Assembly (NCBI GenBank): GCA_951406725.2
Contig: OX597814.1
Span: 135,904,001-135,968,000, forward strand
Reading direction: 5' to 3'
DNA length: 64,000 nucleotides
DNA from: Octopus vulgaris
Lineage: Eukaryota
The notes under the pieces: model-generated
What the model saw: only the letters and a program-made list of their open reading frames with translations
What the model was told of the DNA's origin: nothing
The model's database searches: none
Position numbers and translations under genes: made by a program
In this document: piece by piece, positions 37,227-51,410 of the stretch
Layout: the number at the start of each line of letters is the position of its first letter
Numbering within the stretch: the first letter of the stretch is position 1

Positions 37227-40200
37227 AGAAAATTTCGTCAACTTGAGAATTCTTCGGATAGTTCTTTTTCTTGCATCGTTCATGTAGAGTTGCTTGTGTA
37301 AAAAAAGAAAAATGAAAAAGAAAAAAAACCCAAAATAGTGTGTGCGTTTTGTCTTGAGAAATACTTCCATTCTCTCTCTGGAAATGGTAGCCTGCTGCTA
37401 TTATATCATTGTGTTGTTCTTTCTTCTGCTCCTCCCACTCCTGAGATATTGGAAAATACCTACTATGCTATTCGGTTCCTCAGTCTTATCTATGTTTCTT
37501 TCTCATTTTAAGTGGAATTTTAATTGGTAGGAAATGGAATTTATAAATATGTTTGAATTCCGATAAACATGTAGTTGCAATCTACGTAACCAACTGCGTA
37601 GTTCACCAATATTCTTCGATTTTCTTGGGAATTTTAGAGCCATAACGAATATCAGTTCGACTGTACCGCCAACTGCAATGGTTTTCCTCCGATTATTTTC
37701 GATCCGTATTCAATGTCAGGATCTGATTTAAATACATGCCATTACGATAGTTACTCATTGTTTATAATCTATAATTACGTTATATTCTTTTAAAACTTTG
37801 TTTTCTTCAGTTTAAGAGGAATGAAACATAATTAATAAGAGCGAAATGGAAAATAAAGCAGAAGAAAAAAACAAAAGCAAAACATTTTTTTTTTCAGAAA
37901 GCCAGGTAAAAACAATATGGAATATTTGTTTCGTGTTTGTCATTAAGAAAACATTGGACCTCTTTACTATACTTCTTTACACACACACACTCACTCACCC
38001 AGTCATCGTAGTAGGGGCTTTAGCAACACGTTGATCCCGTGATCGACATATTTATGCACTTTTTTTGTTCTTCAGGCTCTCATCTTATTACATTGACACA
38101 GTAAATGTAATAATGAATAAACAAGAGAGAAAAATAAAGGCCAAGGCATTGACCTCCGAAGGTCAGTTTTCTTTATGGACTCTTACTATTTGTTTTCCTT
38201 TTTTTTTCCCCTGCCTCTACCGCATTTAGAGAAATTAATGTCAGGATTAGATTAAGCATCGCAACTTTATTTCGCCCGCTTCAAAAGCTAAGTATTCATG
38301 TCTATTAAAAACAAATTATTCGATTGAAAAGGAAAACAACTATTTCCACAGATTCGTCATTTACTTGTATTAAAATCTTCGTTATTAAAATGTTTTTTTA
38401 TCCTTCGTTTCTTTTTTTTTTTAAATACTAACAGATTAGTAAATTTTTGTTTGTAAAACATCTTATACAAGTCGGCACTGACTGAAATAGATGAAAGGCA
38501 TTCAAGCTATGACCACCCCATCTTATTCTTGCATTTTTCTTCTAGGTGTAGTGTATCCTGAACATAATTAAAATGTGGCCTCCTGGTTTTTTTCTTCTGA
38601 AGTCTATTATAGGGTGTTATTTGAGGGAGATTTAGCTGATAGTTTTATATGTTTTTCTGTTAAAAAAAATAAACAAACAGACATTAAAGTTATATTTTCT
38701 GCGAAAGTAAATGAATCTGTAAAATATATTTTCTTAATCAAATATTTCTTTAACGAAATTCTTCTGATTTGTTCAACATATGAATTGCCCCCAAATTCCA
38801 TTTGTAAAAAAACCAAAAAAACAAAAACAAAAAAAAACCCCTGTTGGAAAGAATCGAATAGCTATATTTATTCCTGGTATATATATGTGTTTATAATGTC
38901 TTGTTATTGTTTTTGTTTCCATTCTGATCTACGTACACACATAGTACATATATATTTGGAGTTTTGCCAGGTAAACAACTACTTTTTCATGGCCTGGTGT
39001 TCAGAGCAAATTACACACTCTTCGATTAACAGTGGACCATTACTGGCCAATGATTGAACCTCTACATCCGTGATCGTATTTATGATTTTAAAAAGGCTTT
39101 AGTTTAAAAACATATAATTACTCAATTACATCTATATATGTAGTCGCATATATCTTCCAATTAAGAGATGAAACCTAAGTATTAAAATCAGCGGAGTCCT
39201 TGGTAGTAAAAAAGTTGGGAATTCTACCTGTTCATGGTTTTTTGATCCGAGAAATAGCAGCCAAATCTCCCTCAAAGCATCTACATAACGTGATCTTATA
39301 TACAACTCTACTTGGCAAAAAAAAAAAAAAAAAAGACACGGGATGGTTATAACTGGGACAACTTTATTCATATCTGAGCGGTCAGTGCTGGCTTGGAGCT
39401 CCACAACAATTCATAGTTATTAATTATGCTCTACAGAATCTTAATTTTGTTATTTTATATTGTTTTTACTAGCATTATTTTTACTAACTTTCGTTGATTT
39501 AATTACTAAATCCGTTTATTTATATTTATTTTTTCCCTACAGCATTTGTTATTCTGCTACTATCATTGTTTGCAAATATCAAACCACATTCTAATACGTG
39601 TATTTACTCACGTATATAATTAATTCTCCTATAAAATAAATCCCATGAGTGGACGAAATACGTGACTCAGGTTGTTAAAGCACAGTTTTCTTCAGATCTT
39701 TTCAAACTTTATTAGTCGCCAGTGAATGAACATTACTAAACAATCATTGTCTCTTTATGTAATTTAATATATACACATTAATTTCCGACATTGGAACAAG
39801 ATAAACCCCCTTTTTTTGTGAGGAGGATTAAATCATTCAACCTAGTAGTATTTGACAGGTCCTTTTACTTAACCAACAATTGTCTTAATATCGAATGACT
39901 AAATTAAATATTCCCATTTTATGAAGCAGCAAAGGTGTCTCGTTTGCTGGTGTGATTTTTAATTATGACGAAATGTTTATATTTTTCATCAAATGACCTC
40001 GTCTTTTCCTCTTTCTCACTGCACAAAGAAAGTGTACTTGAAAGGAAGCATCATAGCCTCGTGACTTTTCCACCTGTTGGCTAATGACTTCACACTGTCA
40101 CTACGTTTATGATGTCACGGTTTTGCTACTATTTGTTCCTACTGTTTGTTAAAAAGATTAGCATTACTAAGTTTAGAATCAGTTTTTCATACTTTCCAGT

Positions 40201-41910
40201 TAACTCATAACTAGTTAGTAAAATAAATAAGCTTATTTGTGTAAGGTTTCACATTTTCCAATATTTTTTTTCTTCTTTTAGCCTTTCTCTTCATCAGTAC
40301 GTTCGTTTAATAATATATAAATATATAAAATAAATCTAAATACTGGCAGATTCCGAGGGGAATTTCTTAATTTCTCTTAGAAATTCGAAATGCTTTGATG
40401 CCTATAAAAAAGAAAGAAGTTCATTTAATACATGTCCAATAATAATAATTTTACGACTCGAGATTTTTGCCTCGCCTTAACGTTTGCTCTCTTTAACAAT
40501 TAATTATTTAAACTGAATTTCTTTTCTTGCGGTCCTTTAGACCTGAAGATTGCAGTAGCATGAAATTCCAGCCATGAACGCTCTCTGTCTGTCTGTGTTA
40601 TTCATTGGTTCCTACAAGCTAAACCCCTTATGAGCGAGAAACCCAGAGTAATCCCCTAAACCGGCTTACCCCACTATAATATATATATATATACTGAGGA
40701 ATAAAACTTTATTTTGGGGTGCTCCTTTTATGAACCGAGAAAGAAACAAACCAATATCTCAGATTATTTTTGGTCTAGTTGTGAAGCTGTTTCCGTTAGG
40801 GAACTTGCTGTATTTTACTGTATACCAAATGAACCCACATCACAGCAAGAAATGCAAAGAAGGGCAGTTCTGTCCAATTTACTACTTTAGCAGGACCGAT
40901 TTCGGAAATTGAACTGAGAAGTGAGTCTAAAATAAAGAATTATTGTTAGTGCTAGGCGGTACTCTAGCATGGGCAGTCTCTGGCCGAAACTGATAATAGA
41001 ATCATAGAATCTTTTATCTGCTACTGGTTTCAGTCTTTGGACAGCAGCCATGCTGGAGCACTGTGTTGAAGGGTTTAGTTGAAAAAATAGATCTCAGTAC
41101 TTATTCTGTTGGACTCTTCTTGCCGAACCGACAGGTTATGATGATGTAAACAAATCAACACTTGCTAAGCGGTGGTGGGGAAAACACACACACTCACATG
41201 CATACCCGACGGGCTTCTTTTAGTTTCCTTGTACCAATTCTGCTCACAAGGCTTTGGTTGCCCCAGGGCTATAGTAGAAGACACTTGCCCTAGTTGCTGC
41301 GCAATGGGACTGAACCTAAGACCACATGTTTGGGAAGCAAGCTTCTTTATTTCATACACCCATGCCTATGCCTATTCATTCATGTAAAGCAAGATACCAA
41401 TATGGCTGAAGGAAAATACCACGTGTGGGGTGAGTATTCTATGTAGTAGGTACGTATATGGTAAGGTCTTGTGTATGTAATGTGAGTTGAAATGGAACTT
41501 CGATTAGCTGAGATTATCCAAGCAATTAGTAGAGAAAAACCTCCTTGTAAGGATTGTTTAATTTTTCGTTTTAAAGAATCAATCAAGGGAAATAACTCTA
41601 ATAAAATCAGTTTACCGAATTTTTATATAATTAAGGCAATACAAACTGGATTGGATTTGAATTATAGTGCCAACTGTTAAAAGCAACGGATGTTTTGATT
41701 TCATAGAGCTACTCATTGACATTTACCCTTCCGCGGTCGATAACATGGTGAAAGGAAATAATAGTCATAGGAAAAATGTCACACTTCTTTCATCTACATA
41801 CTGTAAACAGATAGGTTAAACAACAATGGAAGTTAACAACCACACACACACACACACATAAATAAAACGTGATTTTTTTTACGCATACGTATAATTGAGA
41901 TTATATAAAT

Positions 41911-41941
<31 letters not shown>

Positions 41942-41947
<6 letters not shown>

Positions 41948-42040
41948 GAAAGAAAAAAGGTGTTCAGAATGCTAGATGGTTGTAAAAAAATATTTTTACA
42001 ACCATCCAGCATTCTGAACCCCTTTTTTCTTTCATATATA
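41942..42040. repeat. Near-perfect ~100-bp palindrome
   Basis: TATATGAAAGAAAAAAGGTGTTCAGAATGCTAGATGGTTGTAAAAA pairs with TTTTTACAACCATCCAGCATTCTGAACCCCTTTTTTCTTTCATATA; 2 mismatches, ~4-nt loop. Confidence 0.95.
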
Positions 42041-42069
42041 TTAAATCTGTACATTACCCCCAATACTTC

Positions 42070-42108
<39 letters not shown>

Positions 42109-42112
42109 TCCA

Positions 42113-42152
<40 letters not shown>

Positions 42153-42739
42153 GTCATATACTAATAAACGACCTATAATATTAATATATTATTAACTGTT
42201 ATTTTTATAGTATTCCAGTAAAATGTGACAAGGAGACGATGTCATATTTAATTTAAATAATGAATAATAATTGAAGTAGTTAAACAAAAAAAAAAAATCC
42301 AAATTGCATTTAAACTGAAAATACCCGACTTGCATATGTAAAATTGTGTAACGTGAGTCCCTGCTGTAACCGTTCTATTTCTTACGAACAAATTACATCA
42401 TACCATTTTAAAATAGTAACATGTTGGGTGATGTGGTCTTGGCTTCCCTGCACGTAGGAAAAAAACGGAATGGTTCTAGTTGAGGTGCCTTTCATCATGA
42501 GTTTGCTCAATCACCACCGTTGCTGTTAAAACGCAACTGCAAAAATTTATATAATGGCATTACACTTACATGAACAAAATCTTTACTCAATACCTCACAC
42601 ACGCACACAAACTCTCACGCACATAGTAAGACATTGATCGAAGCGTGTGTGCAGAAACCTTCCCCCACAGTTATTTACTTTTCGTCTCTGTGATTTCCCC
42701 CTCTCCTTTCCTACATTGGATAAATTTGTTAGACCTCCA

Positions 42740-43140
42740 GGCGATCTTTCGTCTCTAGTAGACCTTTCCGTCAATTTCCGTAAAATTTTTTTTTTTTTTT
42801 ACATATGGGCTTGCGGGAACTTTTGAAGTAATATACATACATATACACATACACCGAGTAAAAAATTTCAGTTATCTCTTTCTTTCACACACACTAACAG
42901 AAGCACTTCACTTACACAACATACTGTCTGTCTCCCACACCCCATCAAACACACGCACACACATGTACATCAATGCTTCGCATGCACGGTAACTTCAAAA
43001 GAACTTCCCTCGTCATACAATCGTTTTCTCTTAGTCTCTTTCGCTCTCATTACTTCAAAAGTTCCCGCAAGCCCATATGTAAAAAAAAATATTTTTTTAC
43101 GGAAATCGACGGAAAGGTCTACTAGAGACGAAAGATCGCC
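42740..43140. mobile_element. 401-bp MITE with ~93-bp TIRs starting GGCGATC and an 8-bp TSD (Merlin-like)
   Basis: TIRs at 42740-42832 and 43049-43140; exact TSD GACCTCCA at 42732-42739 and 43141-43148. Confidence 0.88.
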
Positions 43141-46100
43141 GACCTCCATTTACCTGGTCGTGTGCCTATCCCTGTCAGTAATTAATGTATTATTTATTTA
43201 AAAATTAAAATTTATGCGGTCTATCTATCTATTTGTGTGTGTGTGTATATGTTTGCATTTATATGTGTGTGTGTGTGTGTGTTAACAAGTGAACATGAGG
43301 TACATATTTTCATTAGCTTACAGCTGTTTTTGCTATAGGTAACCGAGTTCTAACTGGTTATTAGTATCGTCCATCTTTATAGGTGTACACATACATACAT
43401 ATTCAGTGTGTGCGCGTATATCTTTTTTTTTTTTTCACTTATTTCAGTCACCCGAAATTGGCCATGCCAGGGTACTGCCTTGAAGGGTTTTTAACCGAAC
43501 AAATCGACCCCAGGACTTATATTAAAGCCCAATACCTATTCTATCGGTCTCTAATATATGTGTGTGTGCGTTCGAATTTTGCAAATGGTAGAACTAGAAC
43601 TCAATGGTGGCGCACAGAGATCTGAGATATGAAATCAATGAGTGGCCCTCGAAATGCTAGAAATAACAATCAGATTTCTCATGATTCATATTGTAACTTC
43701 TTAGAAAAGAATACTTGGATAATTTAGTCATAATATACTTGCACATAGGGAAAAGATGCAACTAGTAGTAAGCAAGAAGGGAGTAATCTATGAACCCCTA
43801 GGGGAATACCTATTCCTTTCATATCACATTTCCATCCTTGGTTCTGGATGGAATACTTTTAATCATAAGCCTGCTTAATCAGAGTTGACCTGGGACTAAG
43901 CAATAACGACTGAGATGTTTCTATCATTTCGATTTGAAGACCTAAACTAATATAAAGAAAGAACTTCTACATCAGACATAAGCAATTTTTTTCGTGAAGC
44001 GGGCCGCATGGGACGTAGTTCCTCGTCTGACGGGTCGTGCTACTAAGAAAATTTGAAGGCCTTCAGAAAGGTATTCAGAAAGTCCCGCAGGCCGCAAGAA
44101 ATAGTCGCCAAATTTTCTCACATCACAGTAAAGAATGAAGGAATAACTTAGACAAGACATACAAAAATGAAATTAACAAAAAGATGGGGTTGTCACGGCT
44201 GAAATGTATTTGATTAAGGGTATACTCGATCAGTTCTGAGCTATGGTTAAACAATAATGGTTATGTAAAAGCAAAAAATCTAATTTAATAAGAATTCATA
44301 AAAATCTGTTAATAGTTATTTTTAGCAGATAAACTGCATTTTATGTGGTCACAAGACATTAATTTATTCAATGGGGTTTTCCACCCTTGCACACTTTTCT
44401 CTTTTAATTTTATTTATCTTTTGTGACATTCAAAGAAGACGAAAGAATTCACGCACGCACACACACCTTGTTGCTTGTAAAATGTATTTGCATCAATGAA
44501 AGTAAGAGTAAATTTCGATTAGAGTAAAAAGAAAAAATTCAGCTTCTGAAATAGACGTTATGTTTATAATTTCTTGTATTCTTATATTAAAAAGAAAAAA
44601 AAAGTTAAGACTGGTTAATTCACTTGTACGATAATGATAGTAGTGAAACTTTTGTTTTGATGTTAACATCATATTATTATTATTCTCTACTGCTAAATAA
44701 ATTACAGTGTGAATTAACTGAAGGTTTTTTTTTTTATCCTTACGTTTATTTGCCAAATATCTATAATCAGTCTCTATTATATGAAAACAACTAGAACGAA
44801 CCCCGAGGCATCCTTTCGGCATTGTTAGATAGCTTTTTATATAGCGATTGCGTCGGCGATTGCCTCCATTACACATGCTGCTAAATGATAGTGTGAAATA
44901 AAAGCATATTTTGATAGCTTCCTTTCTGCTTGTACTACTGATTTTTTTTCCCCTCGAAAAGGAACAAAAACTAAGCACGCTCAAATTTAGTCTTTTCAGC
45001 GTATTTATATAGCGATATACGTTCGAAGTTCAAATCTCAGAAATCAGCCTCTCCTTTCATCCTTCCAGGGGTTAAGAAAATATAATACCTGTCAAGTATT
45101 AGGTTCGATTTAATCAACTAAACCCTGTTCTCCCAATTTGTGGCCTCATGTTAAAAAAAGTTACTGTTGTTATTATTATTATTAGGGTGACGAGCTAACG
45201 GAATGGTTAGCATGTCGGACAAAATACTTCGCATTTTCGCCGGCTTTCTACAGTCTGAGTTCAAATGTCACTGAGGTCACCTTTGCTTTTCATCTTTTCC
45301 GGCTTGCTAAACTAAGTACCAATTGAACGATGCTATCCTCCTGGAAAATTTCAGGCAGTGTGCCCAAATTTGAAACCGTTATTATTATGTTGTAGAACGG
45401 ATGCTTTCTACTGTGAGGCGCTCTATTTGCCGTCCACATCACTGAATAGAAGACTGGGCATGCTGTGACTGATGATGTAAGGCATATGCTGAGTCTAAAA
45501 TAAATATATCCAGCAGTTCTTTGACAGAGAACAGGTGTGGTCGCCGTTCGTCACTTGTATTTTTCCACAGCTCTTTGATAGAGCTGTAGTCTTGTGTTAA
45601 GAAATATTAATAAAAGTCAATAAGATATTTTTCGTTTACGTGTTTCAGTCATTTGACTGCGGCCATGCTGGTGCACCGCCTTGGAGTGTTAGCTGAATGA
45701 ATCTATCCTAGTATCTGTTTAAAGCCCAGTCCTTTTTCTGTTGTTCCTTTTTGCCGAACCGCTAAGTTAATAGGGACGTAAACACACCAACTCTGGTTGT
45801 TAAGCAGTGGTGGAGTACAAACACAGACACAAAGACACACACACAAACTGTGGGCTTCTTACAGTTTCCAGCTATCAAACCCATTCAGAAGGCTTTGGTT
45901 GACCCAAAGCTATAGTAGAGGACACCTGCCCAAGGTGCCATGCTGTACGACTGAACCTAGAACCATATGGTTGGGAAGCAAGCTTCTTACCACACAACCA
46001 TGTCTAAAAAGTGTGCATTTTTTCTTCAATTTGTATAATTCTTTGAGACATTTGTTTCCATTCATTATTATTTGCTATTGCACTGTTTCAGAGGGATCTT

Positions 46101-46179
46101 TTTCTTGGCAAAAATGTTCGTAGCTTTATTTAAAAGCTGGAAAGCTTCAGCTAAATCTTTAGTTGTTTTATCACTCTAA

Positions 46180-47560
46180 TTGTCTTTATCTTCATGGTAC
46201 TGCTTCATTTTTATGAGATCCTCATTAGATATTCCATACAATTTAAGTAACTCCATACATTATCTTAATTTATTTCATTAAATCCAACATGGGGTGCCAG
46301 TGCAACAATCTCCTGTTAAACATTTTGTGTTGGCTCTTCAAAATTCTTGAAGTTTGTAATGCAGTCAGGATAGATTTTGCTTCAGTTCTTTGTACTTGTT
46401 TTCACCTATAGACATACCTGTGTCAAATTCTCAGTAGCATTCATGATATGTAACCATGCCAAAATTACTTTTAGTATCACTATCTGTGAATTTAATCTGT
46501 TGGTTAAAAGTGCAGCACCATTAAAAAAAAAAAAAAGAAAGAAAAGAAAAAGTTTGCTTTGAATGTAAATGTAGTTTGCTAGTCCATACTATAAATCAGA
46601 CTGGGAGTGCTCAAAAGCAGAAAAGATACTTGAACATGTCAGGTTATCCAAGTTAGGTTGGTGATCTGGAGGAGTATTCTCCACATGGTGCAAGGCTTTC
46701 TTTTCAAAGTTCTTAATCTAGCTATATTCTTCGACAGCTGGGCAGAAACACAAAGTAAACGGAATTTTGGAATTCCATTCTGGTGGTCTACTATTTCTTT
46801 TGATTGCCATAAGATTAGATTTAGTGTAGTCTTTAATCTTTCGTAGCTGCTGTGTCTGAGAATGATAAGCAACCAGTAGCTTGAACCTTAGATCTAAAAC
46901 ATTGCTACCAAATAAGAAGAGTCATATGATTTTCGGCAGCCTTGAACTCTGGTGCAGTTTTTCTTTTCTTTAGAAATGTATGCTTGCTTTGGTTATTTGT
47001 TTCCAAAACAGACCAGTTTTCATCTATATTAAAATAATCTTTCTGTATTTTCTGTTGCGATGGTTTTATTCCTTGTTATTTTTGTAGTTGCTACAAAAGT
47101 TATTACACTTTCAGCACAAGCTTGAATTTTTGTTTTCATTACTGAGGATAGCTTCTACTGCTGTTGGTTGTGGACTGATTGCTTTTCCAATAGCTACAGC
47201 TTGTTATTGTTGAATCTCTGCAACACTCAAATTTGGTTTCTAATGTTATACATTTTCTGTATTTTTTTTATTGTGCCCATGGACATCAGTAGTGTGCATT
47301 TAGCTGTCAATGCAACAGGTATTAATGAAAGAATAAATATTTGCAAAGCAACATTTTGAGGTGCACTTCCGACTTCCACTCACCTCAAGACTAAGCAATA
47401 GCAAAACCTGATTAGTTTTGAATCTGGCAGGCTTTGTAGTTGTTTGCTGCTTGACCTTTTTTGTTTTATACACTTGTTCCATTCTACTTTTGTTATTTAC
47501 TTCTTTGTCCCACTTTGTTATAATTTTCCTTTTAATACTGTTTAAAAGGCCAACAGAAAG
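46180..47560 (-). mobile_element. pogo/Tigger-type DNA transposase relic
   Basis: Minus strand FNIDEN (FNxDETG-like), KRKTAPEFKAAE..MTLL (EEKxAPGFKAAKDRLTLL-like), SFLLLSTPSLIYSMD (FLPPNTTSLIQPMD-like); heavily degraded. Confidence 0.7.
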
Positions 47561-48499
47561 GTAACTTGTTAGTGGAAACCCAAATAGAAAACCTTATGCA
47601 CCTAGTACATCAAAGAAAGTAAAAGAGCCTCTTCGGTCATGAATGACCATGGGATTGCACCTAGTTCCCCTCCAAAGCACAAGTCCAGGCAAGGTTGTTT
47701 ATGGAAGACCAGCAGTCACCCATGCATATCAGCCTCCTCCTCTCCACACTACCAATGTTGCTCAAGAACGCAACACTCAACTGGTCCAGGAATCGAACTC
47801 ATTACCTTATGATTGTGAGCTCAACATTTTAAGAAAGTACTTATGAAAATTTTAAGTGAATTAAGATCAGGTAGACATTGCTTTAGAAGTATAGTAATTT
47901 GTATCTGTTAAATATGAATTTGTTTTTTACTTTATTTTTCCTTGTTCATTTTATATTTTAAGTACTCTGATAATTTAAAAGATTAATTTCGCCATGAAGT
48001 AAAGTAGACTTATAAAGATTGTATCTTAGGTAATGATTATGAAATAAAGAAGTATCTTTAATCTTCATTTCTCATTTTTTCTTATATTTTACTGAATTAA
48101 AAACAAGTAAAAAAAAGAAAATAACAAAACAAAAGTTCACTAGGATAGGTGTACACTTCATGAATTTTGACTTTATAGTATTTAGCTTTATTTTATTTCT
48201 CATCAGTGTTATAAGGATATGAAGATTCTTTCTAACACTGTCTTCACATTTGCCTGCAATGCAAAGGGTAGATAACCTAGTAGATCAAGTGCTTGTAAGG
48301 ACCCTTTAACTATACATTTGATCCTATTGTCCTATATTCCCATCAACCAAGAGAGGCACCATTACCATTGCATCACCATTGTCCTCACTTGGCATGAACT
48401 AAAGGTCTAATCCTATTTCTATGATCCTTGTGTGGATGGAAGAGAATTACATCTATAATGAGGAAATAGAAATAAATTTTCATTTCATTGTCTTCATTT

Positions 48500-48860
48500 C
48501 TCATTGTCCCTCTGGTGATACATCTTTAATATAACTGGGACTACCTCTCAATGCCTAGCCCATCTCTTCAGAGCCAAGTGATACTTTAGCTCCCAACAAT
48601 TATCAACACTATACAAAGCTCAGGTGAGGCTCACAAAGGAGTATTGCTCTCACATCTGGGATGGTACTGTTGTACACACAGACAGCCTAGACAACATCTA
48701 TTAAAGGACTTGTCTAATTGATAGGCATAAAGTCATTCCCAGACACATTCCAACCTCTAACCAACAGGCATGCTGTCTCCCTTGCTCCTCAGAGTTGGTT
48801 TGGTTTGTACCATTTCGCTGAAGCACACCTGCTCCATTCACGTTTCCTCCTCTCATCAAT
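48500..48860 (+). mobile_element. CR1-group (Zenon-like) LINE RT C-terminal relic
   Basis: LFRAK*YFSSQQLSTLYKAQVRLTKEYCSHIWDG..FQPLTNRHAVS. Confidence 0.7.
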
Positions 48861-50929
48861 GTAGTTTCAGATTAATTTAAGTTTGCTATGTATCCTCCTC
48901 ATGTTGTGATTACCAATTTTACCTACCTTATATAGATGGTTTTGCAAATCACAACAGTTTCTTTGATCATGAAAACATGGTTTGACAATCTTTATTTATT
49001 TGAACAGAAAATAGTGACTTCTACAATTATTATTATGTCAGCTAATCAGAAACTCATCTGCCCTTATAAAAGAAAAGGGGTGGTAGTGTCGGTGGCAGCT
49101 TTGGTCAAAAACATCAATTTATTATCTGAACGTGGCTGATGCACCACCTTGACTGGCTTCTGTGCTGGTGGCACGTAAAAAGCACCAGCCGATCGTGGCT
49201 GCTGGCACCTGTGCAGGTGGCACGTAAAAAGCACCCACTACACTCACGGAGTGGTTAGTGTTAGGAAGGGTATCCAGCTGTAGAAACACTGCTAGATCAG
49301 ACTGGAGCCTAGTGCAACCTCCTGGTTCGCCCATCCAACCCGTGCTACCACAGAAAACAGACGTTAAATGATGATGATGATGAACAAGTGTTTTCAAAAT
49401 ATATTTTTTGCTCAGATTTTCTTTCTGACTCATTGTTATTAGGTGTCAGAGTGACCTGCAGCTATCATTACTGCATGCAAAAGTCATCCAAAGGAGGATT
49501 TACACTTAGTGCTGTAAATGGAATATCTTCCATGGCGTATACTTAGAGCTGTTGTGATTTGGACTAAAGAATGTTGAGTGATTTTGATTCAAGTTTTCAG
49601 CCAGTCTTCTGTCATTCTCTTGATGCAACTAGGCTTTGTTATATTTCAGAATACTGAACAAATTTGTCGGTTAGAAAAGTGGTTATGTTATGAAATGTTA
49701 ACATTTTCTCACAAAAAATTTATGAATTTACTGTAATTATTTTGTTATTCAACTTAAACACTACCTGGTTCCTGGGTAGTTAGTTAACTTTAGTATAACA
49801 ACTTGTTTCTGTTCCCATGTACATAGGCTTATAACCTTATTTGACATTTGATATTTACTCTGATTTTACAATGAAAAACAAAGCAAAAAGAAGTATCTTT
49901 TTTTCTTCTCTCTGTATCTTGTAGTAATGAAGCTATCTGAAAGTAATTTATTTTAATGTTTGTTGTAGCTCTTTGTTTTATTTTTTAATCATCACCAAAG
50001 AAAATTCCTATTAATAATCTAATTGACTTTGGTGGTAATCTTATTTTGTTCTATGCTAGTGAGAGTGTCAACACATTTAATTAACAGTTATCTCTTGGTA
50101 TTAAGTGCAGCAACATTTTATTTATTAGATCTGTATGATGTCTGAGACAGGGGTGGTTATTTTACCTGTACATAGAATTCTAAATTATTTCTGATTTTAA
50201 TTACTTATTTAATTGTGAAACACATAAATAACTGTCTGGTTTTGGTGCCAAATTCAGAAGTTCCAATCATGAAACATGCATTGCTTTTTGCTACAATATA
50301 TAACTTATCTAGTAGTTGGTGTTATTGCTTTAGTCTTAGGCAGCTCTCAACCACCATTCAATCCATGATCAACCATCCTTTTATAGGCATTGCATACCTT
50401 GAACTACTTTATCTTATGTCCCTCTTTTTTGTTTTTTAAATGATGGGGTATAATTTGAAGGAAATTTGGTGGCTATTTGGATCAAGCAGGTCAAGTGACC
50501 AGATAGAAACTCCCTTATTGGTTCATTGCATATGTAAGGAGTTGAACCGGCAGTTTAACCCGTTAGCATCCAGATTACTCTGTCACAGCTTATTTATTCA
50601 TATTATTTTGAATTAACCATGCTTTGTCTTGTAGCTTTGAGATTTTCAGTGATGTGATTGTTTTATCTTTTATTTTTTACTTGTTTCCGTCGTTGGACTG
50701 TGACCATGCTGGGGCACTGCTTTGAAGGTTTTAGTGGAACAAATTGATTTCAATGCTTATTTTAAAGCCTGGTACTTATTCTACTAGTCTCTTTTGCTAA
50801 ACTGGTTATTTATGGGGATGTAAACAAGCCAACATGTGTTGTCAAGCAGTAACGGGGAACAAACACAAGTACACATTGACATAGATGTGTGTGTGTGTGT
50901 ATTTATATATTTCCTGCACTAGCTTCACA

Positions 50930-51410
50930 TAGAAGCCTCCACCCATCCAAAGTGCCTTGGATTGCAGGACGGCCTGCTGTGCTTACCTTGGATCATAGGG
51001 CGACCTGCTGTGCTTGAGGAGACCTATTGAGTCAAGTACATCAACATAAAAAAAAAAAAATCAAATGGAAATTGTAGTTGTGACACCTGTACTGGTGGCA
51101 CGTTAAAAGTACCATCCGTACATGGCTGAGGCCAGAGCCACCTTGACTGGCTTCTGTGCCGGTGGGACATAAAAAGCACCAACCGATCTTGGCCGTTGCC
51201 AGCCTCCCCTGGCACCTGTGCCGGTGGCTTGTAAAAAGCACCCACTACACTCATGGAGTGGTTGGCGTTAGGAAGGGCATCCAGCTGTAGAAACATTGCC
51301 AGATCAGACTGAAGCGTGGTGCAGCCTCCTGGCTTCCCAGACCCCAGTTGAACTGTCCAACCCATGCTAGCATGGAAAACAGATGTTAAACGTTGAGGAG
51401 GATGATGATA
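50930..51410 (+). mobile_element. Retroposon with (ATG)n tail, probably RTE-mobilised (also 49130-49382 +, 63320-63592 +, 29470-29585 -, 30108-30500 -, 32647-32840 -)
   Basis: Internal repeats of GGTGGCACGTAAAAAGCACC; GTGGTTGGCGTTAGGAAGGGCATCCAGCTGTAGAAAC; tail CCAACCCATGCTAGCATGGAAA..GACGTTAAATGATGATG. Confidence 0.75.

Noticed and set aside
38575-39057. 160-aa ORF (also 44493-44984, 163 aa)
   Set aside because: AT-rich low-complexity composition, no motif, non-ATG start, no convincing exon boundaries.
40530-40575. CTGAAGA-TTGCAGTAGCAT-GAAA hammerhead-like core
   Set aside because: Stem II closing pair is T-T, and no consistent stem I/III or cleavage triplet.
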